Assembly (NCBI RefSeq): GCF_000142905.1
Contig: NW_013657677.1
Coordinates: 62,001-126,000 of the forward strand
Length of the DNA: 64,000 bases
Direction: 5' to 3'
From: Thecamonas trahens ATCC 50062
Taxonomy: Eukaryota > Protista > Apusomonadida
The translations under genes were made by a program, and so were the position numbers. Below the pieces are notes generated by a model. That model was not told where the DNA came from, did no database searches, and saw nothing but the letters and a program-made list of their open reading frames with translations. Positions 1-12,592 of the stretch are shown here, one piece after another (the first letter of the stretch is position 1; each line of letters begins with the position of its first letter).

Positions 1-2773
1 ACCGCCTTGGCTGCTCGCTTGAACACAACCTCGCTCCGCGAGCTAGCAATCAGCACGCCAGCGGCTGTCTCCGCCGCCGCGTCCACCGCTTGCACAAAGA
101 ACACAACGTGCGCAGGCGTGAGCTCTTCCGGCGCCGCAATCGGCTGGACGACAAGCACCATGCCGTCCTTGACCCGCGCCTGGACTCGGAGCGACCGCTT
201 GCGGAAGAGCACCTTACCGACCCTTTTCGGCCCGGCGAGCGTCCGCAATCGGAGGTGCTTCAGTCGAAACTTGTTCGTCGCATTCGGCGCCGCCGCGAGC
301 GTCTTCTCTGTCGGCGGATAGTGCTCGTCGATGACCGCTTTGATCGCGGTCTGGATGTCGGCTACAGGCTGGCTGGCGTTGACAACCGCATGCCTCAGCG
401 GCCAGAGTGCGCGACCCGACGGGTGCAGCGGATCATACAGCACAAGCCGAACCTTGTACTCCCCGACTGCCAGCGGCGTGCCGAGTCGGACAAAGACCGG
501 CGCCCCATCAAACAAGTGCGCAGCCTCGAGCGAGAGCGTTTCGTCCTTCAGCTGCTCGTCCGTCGGCGACCGCGCAATCGTAAAACCCGACGCTTCCACC
601 CCGAGCGCCATCGCCATCTTCGCCTTGAGCTCACCGACCGTCCGGTGCTTGGAAAGCGAGACCGACCGCGTGTACGCCACCGGCCCCGAGACCTTTGCAT
701 CCTCGGCCACGGGCTCGTTGTACTCGAGCACAATCGACGTCACCTTCGCCTCATACACAGTGCCAAATAGACTGCTCGTTGCTGGCTCGACATACACCAC
801 AGAGCCCGGCCGGATGCCGAGCTCCACCAGCGGTACGCCCGGATGCGCCGCTGCCCGAACATGGACTGCATGCAACGTCGCGCCGTCGACCGTGTACCAC
901 GCCAACGCGCCGCACGCCTCCAGGCTCGGCACCGCACTTTGCACCGCCGCCGCAGCTTCGTCAAAGTCCATCGTTGGCTTGAGCCACACCCGCGGCATGC
1001 CATCAACTACCGGCATCCGCGCCTGCGCCACAAGCTCGGCCACGTTGTCATGCGTCACGGCAAGTGCCACTACAAGAAAGGCGTCCGGGTCAAACGTCGC
1101 AAACTTCTCGCCGGCCGCCCGCGTCTCAAGCACCACCGTCGCCCGGTGCCCGAGCCCGAGACTCTCCAGCCGCGCCTCCGGCTCGGTGTCCAGCGGCGCG
1201 CCGGCCATGGTCGCTCCCGACGCAAACCGCGTGTAGGCTCGCAGCCGCGCGTCGTCGTCAGCTGGCCGCCCGCCGTCGGCCCCGGCATGCAGCGCATCCA
1301 GCGCCGCAGCCTTGAGCGCCGCCACCGGCTCGCCCTGATCCAGCGCCACTTCTACCGTCTGCGAGCCGGAAACAACCGTGAAACGCATGGTTCGGACCTC
1401 GCGGAGGTGGTTCGCAACCTCTTCGCGCCACGCTGCATCTTCGGCAGCAACCAGGGCGCGGAGCTCGCTTGGTACAGCCGGGACCGGCCCGCTGGCACCC
1501 TGCTTGGCATACAGCAGTAGGTACGCTGAGCCCGAACGAGTGCTGGCGTCCGAGCCATACGCCACTTCCAGCGCTGTCTCGAGGTCGTCGATGGCCCGGA
1601 CAGACGCGTCGTTGAACTCGTGCCAGACGCCAGTCGCCGGGCATTTGACAAACGCAAAGTAGTGGCCAGAGTGCGCCGAGCCCGAGTGAAGAAGCACCGC
1701 ATATGCATCATAGAGCATCGGGGCCTCGCCACTATCGGCCATGTACGGCGCCATGTCGAGCACCAGCGGAAAGGTGAGCTTCTGGTTGAGCTTGACCCGC
1801 CGGTTCGCCTGCCAGTCGTACACAAATCGCTTGAGCTGGAATGAGAGGACCGGCGGAAGATCGCCAAAGGTGAGGCCCTTGTCGGCATCGACCTTGGTCT
1901 CACACCCCGAGCACGCGTACTGGTTGTCGCCGGTCAGCCGCTCCGGCGCCACAAACGCCGCCAGCGCCTGCTCCAGCGACCCGATCGTCGCGTCCATGTA
2001 CAGCGAGACGTCCAAAAAGGCATCCAGCCGGACAGCTGCGTGCCCGCACCCGAGGCACACCACCGAGTCGCGAAGCGTCCCGCCGTACAGCGCCTGCACC
2101 ACGCCAGCCTCACTCTCGGGCTCCTTGACCAGCTCGAGCACGCCAAACAGAACCCGCAGCAGCTCCTGCACATCGTGCTGCCGGAACGCCTCGGCCGTAG
2201 TCCACCGAAACGACGTCGTCAGCTCGACTGTGTCCAGCGCTGCCTTCTCCGACACCGCCAGCCGCGCAAAGAGCTTCTGCAGCGCTCGTGGGACACACGT
2301 CGCCTCCTCGCCGTGGACCTCGGGCGAGTACTCCCAGCCGAGAACCGCAGCCGGAACCGCGGCGTGAGGTACAGCGCTTGCAGGAGCGAGTTGAGATAGC
2401 ACGTCGCGCCCTGGTTGACCAGCCCAGCAAAGGCCCCCTCGTCTCGAGCGTAGCACATGGTCTTGCCGCCCCTGCCCACAGGTGTGTTGTCCCAGCCTTG
2501 TTGGCCTCGGCCACCACCGCTTGCTCCCACTTTTGAGCCGGCACTGCCACCAGCACTTCCATCTGGTGCGCTTGCATTGCCATCTCCTCCCGAAGGCTCC
2601 GGCGAGACCATTCGTCCTTGCTCCTCGGACATGCCGCCGCTCTCAGGCCGTGCGGCAAGATACGCAAAGGCCGATGACGGCATGCCTGTGAAGGGGTTGA
2701 TCGAGTGCGCCGCCCCAAGCGCGGTTTTCTTGGACGGCGCAAACGCCGCGAGCTCATCAGATTGAGCGCTCAT
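1..2773 (-). CDS. Ubiquitin carboxyl-terminal hydrolase (USP family, USP40/47-like), 3' partial, one apparent frameshift at ~2351
   Basis: Cys box GLVNQGATCYLNSLLQALY lies in ORF 2219-2773. After a frame change at ~2351 the frame reads QHDVQEL, His box HSGSAHSGHYFAF, WHEFNDASV and SAYLLLY, and stays open to the window edge. Confidence 0.9.
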
Positions 2774-3044
2774 GGTTGGTATGTGGCGTTACGCGTGGGT
2801 GTGGTGAAGGAGCGCAGGGTTTGGACGGGTGTGGCGTGGGGAGGGAAGGACGGTGTGTGGCCGAGGAGAGAGGGAGGTGTGTGGTGGCAGTCGTGAGCGT
2901 GATCGTGATCGCGCCACTTTGGCAAAGTGTGCACGGAAAAAGGTCGTAATCCAACCATGGTCGAGTGGAAGGAAGGAAAAGCGGCTTCCAATGGCCGCGC
3001 CATGTGTTGGCCATGGTGTGAACGTTTGCTGGCTATTGCTCGCC

Positions 3045-4243
3045 TCAGATGGCGATGACGCCGTCGGCGGGTGGAGCAGGGAACGGCGGGATGTTGACCG
3101 GCTGCGGCTGCGCAAAGTGGTTGCGGGCGGCGAGCGAACGCGGGTGAGCTTCGGCGATGAGAGTGCGAGCACGCTTGACGGTGGCGGCAGCGTCTGCGGC
3201 GGCGGTATCGAGATCGGCGTTGGCCGAGACGAGGAGCTCGTCGAGCTTGCGCTTCCGGGCATCGGCGTCCGGGCGAGCCGAGGCCGTGGCGAGCTCTGAG
3301 GCGAGCTCTTTGAGCGACGAGGCCGGCTCGATGAGCGAGCGCATGGCGCGGGAGCGGCGGATAAAGCGCGACGAGGCCGAAAAGGTGATGCCGACCGAGC
3401 GGGCGACGTCCTGGCGGGCGTCGAGGGCGAGCGGCGGGAGGCAGTCGGCGAGCGGGACAAGGCCGGGCTCGAACGGGTTGGTGCCATCCATGACGGCGCA
3501 CGCATCGAGGTGGCGCTGCAGAACAGCCGCCGCCGACCCGCCGTCCGACGGGAGGACGGCGACGGTGTCGACCGCGCGGCGGCAGTAGGGGCAGACGACA
3601 AAGCCAGCGTCAGTGGGCGAGAGCAGATGGACTGAGTTGTTCACCAGAACACCCTTTTGGCTGGGGTGCTTGGTGCCCTGCGCCAGCAGCGGCGAGTCGT
3701 CGATGGGCGCCACAAGGCGGCCAAAGTGGCGTGCCGCGCCCTGCGGGAGCGTCGACGGGAGGACCGTCGAGAACTTTGCGCCACCACCGTGACTGCATGC
3801 GCCCCGTTCGACTTGGTCTCCGCGCCAGCCACCGTCTGCATGGTCGACGGCACTACAGCCGCCACCTTGGGCGGTAGCATGGCACTCGACGGCATGGTTG
3901 AGCCCGAGGTCAGCCGGGAGCGCGACGACGACGACCGCCCGGGCCGGGCCGCAGAGGCGCTCAAGGCTGCAATGCCCGGATGCGGAGTAGCAGCAGACAA
4001 CGATGATGGCGTTCCTCGCGACCGGTCTGAATGCCGAGAATATGGGTTCCGTGACGCTGAAGAGGTCAAGCTTGACGACGGTGGCACTCGCCGCTGATAC
4101 CTCCGCTTGGGTGCGGTGTCGCGGGCCTCTTTCTGGATATGGGCCTCACACGGCGGCTTGCAGCAGGCCTTGCAGAGCGTGTGGAGACACCCTGCAAACG
4201 CATACCGGTTGCACTTGACACAGTGTACCTTGCCTGCAGACAT
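3045..4243 (-). CDS. Hypothetical zinc-finger protein (N-terminal Cys-rich finger plus CPYC..H..C finger), apparent frameshift at ~3776
   Basis: ATG 4243 MSAGKVHCVKCNRYAFAGCLHTLCKACCKPPCEAH. Adding one A at 3775-3777 joins it to ORF 3045-3713 (VCPYC...LQRHLDAC, helical tail). Confidence 0.6.
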
Positions 4244-4649
4244 GGTACTTGGGATGTGTGTGTGGGTGGGGGGGGAGGGAAGTGGTGGGGGTTTTGCTTG
4301 TGCTTGTGCCCGTCGTTGTGATCGTGATCGTGATCGCGATCGCCATCGCCATCGCTGATGATGATTGGGAAGGAGAGGAGGTGGGTGGGGCAACGTTGCA
4401 TGCTGATGGCAATGTCTTGATGAAAGGTGGGTGGTGGGTGGTGGGTGGTGGGTGGTGGGTGGGTGGGTGGTGGGTGGGGATGGGGGGATGGACGGATGGT
4501 GACGTTGATCGTGGTGGAGGGTGAAGGATGCGAGAGAACACATCCTACGATTCTACTTTGATGGACATGGGGCTACTCCAGTTACGGGCGGCTTCAGCCA
4601 GGGACAACAACATGTGGAGTAAAGAAAACGGTTCAATAGGGTAGACGGA

Positions 4650-5803
4650 CTACGAGCGGGCATGGCAGCCGTTGACCTTGATGCCCATGTAAACGGCGTG
4701 AGCCGAGGCCGTGGGAACGACGACCGAGTCGGAGCACTTGGGGTCCTCGCCGGAACCGTTGCAGACCTTGTACCCGCCGTTGTGCTCCCACACCTCGAGC
4801 GGAGCGTGGTGGTAGCCGAGGAAGCGGAACGGCAGATGCGGGACGATATCGGTCGAGTGGACGACACGGACCGCGTTCTCGATCTGCGACTGGAAGTAGA
4901 GCTGGAAAGCGTCGTTGCCGACGCGCGGCGCGCCAAAGGTGTAGACGTGGACCGGGACGTGCGGCTTCTTGACCGTCACGTACAGCGAAGAGAGGACGGC
5001 GAGCGCGCCACCGAGCGAGTGACCGGTCGCGTACACGCGGTACTCGGGGAAGCGCTCGACAAGGTCGGCGACGTGGTCCGAGACCTCCTGCCCGACGCCC
5101 TCCCATGCCTCCTGGAAGCCGCGGTGGACCTTGGCCCCGGTGGCGTTGGGGTAGTCGACGAGATCGGCCTTCTTGAACTTGAGATTGGTGATCCAGTTCT
5201 CCGTGTTGTGGCTCCCCTCGTGGGCAAGGATGATCGCCTTGCTCTCTGCATGGTAGCCCGAGAACGACTCGGTCTTGGTCACCGGATCCGTCCAGTACCC
5301 GGTGAGCACAAAGCCCGTGGTGTTACCCACGCACACATTGCACGACCAATCGAGGAGGTCCTTCTCGTCACAGTACGACGCAGACGCGTACTCCAGCTAC
5401 AGCCAGCCAGCCACACCCCGCAACCAAACAACCCCCCCCCCCACCACACACACAAATACCCACCCACATCCACACGTAACCAACCATTCTCACCATGAGT
5501 CCATAGCCTGTCCTCGGCGCCTCCCTCTTTGCACGTGCCCTGCCTGTCGCTTGCCCGCCTGCCGTCTGCCACCCGCCGCCCGCCCAAAAGCCAGCGCGTG
5601 ACCTCCCCTTCCCCCCCCCCCCGCACCCTCTTCCTCCGCACGAGCCCCTCTACACCCTCCCCATTCCCACAACCACCCATGCGTACCATGGTGTAAGCAG
5701 TCTTCTCATCCCACGTGTAGCTTGCACCAGGCAGGCGGGCAGCAGCTGGCATGGCGCATGCCGCCGCCACGGCAAGGAGGGTGACAAGGACGAAAACGTT
5801 CAT
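4650..5803 (-). CDS. Secreted class-3 lipase, 2 exons (5803-5687, 5396-4650)
   Basis: Signal peptide MNVFVLVTLLAVAAACA; motifs VHRGF, GHSLGG, YTFGAPRVGN, DIVPHLP; GTACGC...TAG intron in phase 0. Confidence 0.92.
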
Positions 5804-5957
5804 TGGCGTCGAGTGGCCGAGGCCGTGGACGTGGCCATGAGAAGGTGGGCAGCCGGTGCCGCCAGGGGTTGGCGGCCGCGGCGAGCGGCGACAAGCCAAC
5901 AAGGTGACGTGGACGGACGGAGACAAGGGGCTAGCTACGCATGGTAGGAATGATGCT

Positions 5958-6995
5958 TTACTTGGCACCAAGAGAGGCCGATGAAGTCTGGACAATGCCG
6001 ACAATGACGCCAAAGAGGCCCAGCGCCGAGGCAAAGACAGAAATGACAAGGACCTTGACAAAGAGGGCAGGCTCGGCGGCATCAGCGAGCGCGCAGCCAG
6101 ATCCTACGAGGCCGACACAGATGCCGCAGAAGAGGTTGGAGAAGCCGACCGACATACCGCCGCCAAACAGAGCATATCCCGAAAAGTAGTCCTTGATGTG
6201 TGGCAAGATGACGCCGTTGGGTAGGGCGGTACCCGTGATGAGGCCAAGCTTCTGTTCAAAGATGATGGCCATGATGATTCCGTAGATGCCCACAGCCTCA
6301 CAGAAGACAATCGACACCAAGTTCTTCGACCGCACACGCGGCACCTTGATAGCAGCACCCACCAGCGAGGTCCCGGTCAGCCAGATACCCCTACATCATC
6401 ATTACCACCACCATCTCCACAATGAGTCACAAGCGCCACGTGACTCACAACACCCACAGCCCATGCACCAGCTAAATGGGACCTGCTCTCCCTCCCCTCC
6501 CCTCCCTCCCTCCCTCCCTCCCTCCCTCCCGCTTCTTCCTCTCTTCCTTGCCTTCCCCTCCTTCCCCCCCCCTCCCCCCCCCCCTTCTCTCCCTCCACCC
6601 TCCTACCCCCCTCCCTCCGTCCTTGCACCCCACCAGCCCTCGCCGTCGATCACCTCACCTCATGCCCGACCACCGCCCACCGCCCAGCCAGCCGGCCATA
6701 CCCACCGCCATACTAGCCACTCACTGCTACCTCTCCACCCTCCAACCACACAACTGGATACTATTCATCCATCTTCATACCATAAAGCATGTACGTGGAG
6801 TCCTGGTATAGGAAGTCGGTCACACCCACGTCATGACCATGCCACCCCCCCTCCCCCCCCCCCCCCCTCTCACCTTGCGTACCAAGCAGCGCCGAGTGTG
6901 GACAGGCCAATGGTGAGACCGATGCCCAAGTTGGCCCAAGCATACGGTGTGACCTGTTCAAAGATGTTCGCATCAATGAGCGGAGACTGAGACAT
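5958..6995 (-). CDS. ATP6V0B: V-type ATPase proteolipid subunit c'' (VMA16), 2 exons (6995-6883, 6390-5958)
   Basis: PYAWANLGIGLTIGLSTLGAAW|GIWLTGTSLVGAAIKVPRVRSKNLVSIVFCEAVGIYG; canonical GTACGC...TAG intron. Confidence 0.93.
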
Positions 6996-7260
6996 GGTTG
7001 TCGCACGCCAAGTCAAGTGTACCAAGCCCCAGCTGGAGAAGTGGCCACAGTCAGCGGTGGCAGGCGACGGGCGGCAGGCGACGGGCGACGGGCGAGGGGC
7101 GGCAGGCGACGGGTGACACTGCTTCGACCCACTCACTACCACTACCACTACCACTCGCACACTTGGCCCGACTACGGACGACGAAAGACAACGACCAGGA
7201 CTCTCCACAACATCAACCGCAACTACCGCACGTCCTCTTCCTCTTCCTCCTCGCGGCGAC

Positions 7261-9181
7261 ATGTCCAACAGCACGACGTCCGACTTGTCAACGTTGGACG
7301 AAACAGCCAATGTGCTCGCCGGCAGTGGGTGGATACTGGTGGCCGTGGTGGCGATGGCATTGCTTGTGCCGCTGCTCAAGGCGCTGTGCACTGGACGACA
7401 GGCGGCCGGTCGGCATCATCGGCTGTACAACTTTGTGCGATCGGGGACGTCAAACATCCCGTTGACCATCACCACGCCGCCGCTCATGTCGTCGGCCTTT
7501 GCCCTCCTGATCTTCCGCATGCAGTGGATGCAGGCTTCGACGCTCGTGGGCGAGCTTCCAGAGTGGATGTACCGCCTCTCCCGCGGCATCGGTCCCTTTA
7601 ACGGCATCTCGCCTCGCCTCCCCTTTGACACCGCCGTCGACGATCGGGCCGCCTTCTGCGCCTCGGGCATCGAGGCTCTCGCCGCCTTTCTGCCCATGGA
7701 CAAGCACTACCTCGTTTTCTCCGTCCTGCTCTTTGTCATTGTCCTTCTCGCCGCAATCGCCTTTATTGCTTTCACTCTCCTTGCCTGCGCGCGATGCCGT
7801 CCGGCTGCTGGCGGCGCTGGCATCCACTATCCGCCGGCCACTGACTCGGCCGCAACCTCCACATCGTCGGCATCAGAGTATGTACCGGACTCGGCGCCGG
7901 AGCGTCGCGAGGTCGACTCGTGGCACTCGCTTTCGAGCCTTACAATCTCGAGCGCTGTAAGCGCAGACTCGGATGCGAGCTCGGTTGTGGCGGCGGCGAC
8001 GACGGCCGATCCCGCTGCGCCGCGGGCGACCAAGCGGTTCATCGAGCCGGACGACGCTTTTACCATGCATACCGGCAAGCGACTGGTGGCGATGCAGGAG
8101 GCTGCGCTGGCGCTCGGTCTGCGGCTGGTGCCACGGCTGCGGTCCGAGCTCCCACTCGGAGTCTCGCAGGCGCTTGCCGCGTTCTCGGACCGGGTCCTCG
8201 ACACTGCATGGGCGACCGCTATCCGGATCCTCTATGCCGGATATCTGGGCGCAACCATGACTGCTGCGCATGCACTCTCGTTTGGAACTGATGTAGCAAG
8301 CCGTGAGGCCAAGGCATCGTTTGCGGCTGGCGTTGTCGTCTACGTCGTCTACTCGCTAGGCTTTCCGCTCCTTGCCTTTGCCGTTCTGCGGCACGGGGTC
8401 CGGCGCGGTGTCATTCCTTCGCGCGGCTCTGCGCGCGATGAGGCCTTTGCTGCCGCCTGGGGCCCGTTCTTCAACGACTATGATGAGCTGCACGCGTCGT
8501 ACTTTGCCCTTGTCGACCTCGGCCGGCGGCTCGCGCTAGCCACCGCCATCGGCAGCCTCGCATGCAAGCCCGAAGCTCTTGCTCTCTTCCTCCTCCTCCT
8601 GCATCTCGCCTACGCTGGCGTCATCTGGTTTGAACAGCCGTTCCAGGTCCCGTCGCGACACCTCGCCGAGGGCCTCTTTGCCGTTCTCGACGTCGTCCAC
8701 GTCTGCCTCCTCCTCCCGGGCTCGGGCCTGTTTGGCAGCGCGTCGGCGGCCGCGGTCGAGCGTGCCGCAGTTGCGCTCATCGTTTTCTACAGCATCGAGA
8801 CGCTTGCTCTCACCACCTACGCTTTTTCCGCCTCTCGCGGGCCAACAAGACCACAAACAAGATCATCAAGCACCAGCACGAGCTGCTCTTTGTTTTTGAC
8901 GAGATCGACATCGGCTCGCGCGGCCGCACCCCATCGCTCGATCTTGTCTGGGGCACCCTCCTCACTCGTAGGCCCGATGACACTTTGCCGCAGTCCACCA
9001 GCCGTTCTACGAAGCCGAGCCTCCCGTCTCTGGCTCAATCTCGTCGTCGGGCTCGTTGTCCGCCTCTGCTGCAAACGCCGCCAACCATCGCTGGTCGCTC
9101 ACGTCGTCGTCGTCGTCGTCGTCGGCCTCATTGGCCTCGTCATCATCGTACTTTTCGGCCTCGTCAAGTGATCAACCGTAA
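7261..9181 (+). CDS. Multi-pass membrane protein (TRP/flavin-carrier-like C-terminal TM domain); C-terminus affected by apparent frameshift(s) from ~8825
   Basis: Several hydrophobic helices; AWGPFFNDY..YFALVDLGRRLALA..FEQPF pattern. The 3' end is uncertain. Confidence 0.55.
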
Positions 9182-9388
9182 TGAATGGTCACTCAACGTG
9201 TCGCATCCACGGCCCGTACCATCGCACCTTTTGCATTGCCTTCTCTCGCTCTCTCTCTCTCTGTCCCTCCCTCTGGTTCATTCATTTGCTCACTCGTTCG
9301 TTCCCTCGCTCGCCTCTGCTGCCTCGATTCCCTCATTGCAACCATTCCCGACACATATCCTTGGCCACCCAACTCTCGCACAAACACA

Positions 9389-10741
9389 AGTACGTACCCC
9401 GTCCAACCCGGGCTGTAACCTTCCAGCCATTCAGTTCCTACCACCTACTACCATACCAACCACTTCCCCCTTGCATGTAGTACATGTACAGCTGGTTGCA
9501 AGGGCAATGTCATCGTGCTTGACGCTCTATACCCATGTTCGAGTGCCGGCTGGTGGCGTCGGACATACAAATCCCTTGATTTTTGTATGACTCGCTCGCG
9601 GCAGCCACCCAGTCGACGACTTTGTCACGGGCGTAGTGATGGGCATGTCATGAGTTGGCAAGCGCCATCCGGCTGGCATTGTAGCCTTGTTGACGGCGAT
9701 TACGACCATGTTATTGGCTTGACTGGTGCTTGCCGCACTGGCGCACAGCGAGTGCTCCAAGTCGGAGCAGGGATGTGTTGTGCGAGCTTTTTCTGCGGTG
9801 GCGAAGCCTCTGAGTGCGCCGTGTCGACAGGGATACTCACAATGATGCGACTGGAACGGGTACCGTGGTTGTGTTGTGTTGACAGTGTCTGCTGTTCCCG
9901 AGTGCCTCCACCCGACTGAGGATGACATGCAGAAGCTCCTCGCCTGCAAGGTCCACATCGGCACCAAGAACCTCGACTACCACATGACGCCGTACATCTG
10001 GAAGCGCCGCGACGACGGCATCTACCTGATGAACCTCGGCAAGACCTGGGAGAAGCTCATGCTCGCTGCCCGTGTCATCGTTGCTGTCGAGAACGCCGCT
10101 GACGTTGTCGCCATCTCGGCCCGCACCTTTGGCCAGCGTGCTGTGCTCAAGTACGCCAAGGCGACTGGCTGCAAGTCGGTTACCGGCCGCTTCACGCCCG
10201 GTACCTTCACTAACCAGATCCAGAAGCGCTTCATGGAGCCGCGTGTGATCATTGTCACCGACCCGCTCACCGACCACCAGGCCGTGCGCGAGGCTCGTTT
10301 GCCAACATCCCGACCATCGCCTTCTGCGACACCGACTCGCCGCTCGAGTACGTCGACGTTGCCATCCCGTGCAACAACAAGGGCCGCCTCTCCATCGGTA
10401 TCATGTACTGGCTCCTCGCCCGTGAGGTGCAGCGCATGCGTGGCGTCATCGACCGCCAGACCCCGTGGGACGTCATGCCCGACCTGTACTTCTACGTCGA
10501 CCCGGAGGAGGCTGATGCCCGCGAGGCCGAGCGCGCCGCCGCCGCCGCCGCCGCCGCCACCGCTGCCAACGCTTCGGCCGAGGCTGAGGCCGCCTACGCC
10601 GAGACCGCCGTCCCGGCCGCCACCGAGGCGCCCGAGTGGGCCGCTGGTGCCGAGCAGCCCGGCTGGCCTGGTGAGGCTGGTGCCTTCCAGCTTGACTCGC
10701 AGGCGCCGGACTCGTGGGCCGATGACGGTGCCGCGTGGTAA
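9389..10741 (+). CDS. RPSA: 40S ribosomal protein SA (uS2); ATG probably split by intron 9390-9885; apparent frameshift at ~10294
   Basis: [40 protein letters not shown], then after the frame change [27 protein letters not shown] and [11 protein letters not shown]|GTACGT...GACAG|TG restores the ATG in frame. Confidence 0.93.
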
Positions 10742-10889
10742 GTCGTGCTTGCCCCGCCCACTCCTCTCCGCTCGGAGTTGCTGCGGACCCCGAGGTGTCG
10801 TGGTTAACGAAGGTGCACGGCTGTGAGTTGGGGTGGGCCCCCCCTGCTCCCGATGAATGAACACGATTCGTGGGCCAGTACTTTATTTC

Positions 10890-12592
10890 TTAACCCAGCC
10901 GTGCCTTGACAGAGAGCCGCGACTTGACCGGGAGCCGGGTCTTGGGCTTGGCTGCTGGCTTGCCGTTGCCCAGCGGCTTGGGCCGCTTGAGCCGCGGCGA
11001 GTCGGCGGTGAGCCGCGGGAGCGGGCCGGCACTTGGCGCTGCCTCGTCGCGCAGGCGCTTGGCCGACGCCGGTGGCGGCGCCGGCGGAACGGGCGGAGCC
11101 CACGATGGCGCCACGTTGGCACCGACCGTGAGATATTGCTCCTCTGGCCGCGACGGCGCGAGGATGCGGGCGAGAATGCAGGCAACCCGGTCGAGTACCG
11201 CCAGCGCGTCGACCAGCAGACTCGAGGTCTGCTGCAGCTGCGCTCGCGCCACCCGCGACACTGGCTCGGCCACCAGCGCCGCCGACAGCCGCTCGAGCTT
11301 GGCCTTGACGCTCACAGTGTACGCGGCGGCGTTGGTCTCGAGCGGCGCAAGCGTCGCGGCCTCCCACGCCGCGGCCTCGTCGGACCGAGGGCCACCAGCC
11401 TGGGCCACGTGCGCGTATGCGTACACCAACGTCTCGACCACCCGCCACTCGACATCGCCGGAGGCCGGCGCCGCCGCGGCGTCAAGCGCTGTGCGCAGCT
11501 TGCCCAGACAAGCAGCGGCAGCCGAGGGAGGCGGCGGCGGGCAGGCGGCGGCAGCGTCAGCGGCCTGCTGAGCGAGGCCGAGCCAGTCGCCGGCCGAGGC
11601 GGGATCGGCCGCAAGCGCCGCGGTGAGGCACGTCGCTACTGCGCCCACGGTCGACAGCCGCGGGCGCGGGCCAGACGTCGCCTCCAGCGCCGCCAGGAGC
11701 AGCGATCGTACGTTGGCAGACTGGGCGGCAGGCTGGGCGGTAGCCTGTCCGAGCGCCTGCGCAAGCAGCGCACGCACCCGGTGCCGCGGCTCAAAGGCGG
11801 CCGGCAGGCCGGCAGCGACCGCGTCGAGTACTGCACCCACTGACTCGACACTCAGCAGCGGGCCCGAGCCGCTCGGATCGAGCTCCGCAAGCAACGGATC
11901 GACCACGTGGAGGGCAGCCGACCACGGGTCCGGCCGCGGCGCAAGGAGCGACACAACAGTCTCGCGGGTCACAGCCGCAAGACCCGCCGCCACCGCCGCC
12001 GTCGCCCGTTCCACGTGCGGTGCTGGCAGCGGAGTCGCCGCATCCAGCGCCATCGCCGTCGCAATGGCAGTCGTCGCCTGGACCGGCGCAACCGTGACCA
12101 GATCCGCAAGCGCAGCGTCGACCGCCGCAATCTCCGCAGGCAGCTCGGAGAGCATCAGCTGGAGCAGGATGGAGACCATGACCGACGGCAGCTCGCGGCC
12201 TTCGGGCAGAAGCGAGAGACTGCTCGCCGAGCTGTGCGAGATAAAGCCGGGCAGCCGAGCAATGGCCGCCGAGCGAATGGACGGCCACTTGGACTCACAC
12301 AGATCGAGGTAGGCGTTGAGACTGGCGGTGAACTGCAGGTCTGCGGTGAGGTAGAAGAACTTTGGAATGAGCGGAATGACGAGCGACATGGCCTCACGCC
12401 ACGCCTCGTCATCGCCACTCTCATCATCCCCCCTCTTGCCACCGATAGCACCAGATCATACACCGATGCGGCTGCAGCATCATCGACCTGCCGCCCTGCG
12501 ACATGCCTCCTTGCTGCCACCGCCAGGATCTCATACGCGTCCTTCAGCAGTCCCACAGGAGGTGGACCACCAGAGCCTGTTCCTCTACTCAT
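10890..12592 (-). CDS. API5: Apoptosis inhibitor 5-like HEAT/ARM protein, apparent frameshift at 12428-12433
   Basis: IPKFF...SLNAYLDLCES...IRSAAIARLP matches the API5 N-terminal motif. The upstream ORF (LKDAYEIL...VYDLVL) joins by adding one G. Additional upstream exons are possible (~12700-13130). Confidence 0.7.

Noticed and set aside
9876-10826. RPSA as a pseudogene
   Set aside because: The protein is well conserved on both sides of the single break, and the same defect type recurs throughout the window.
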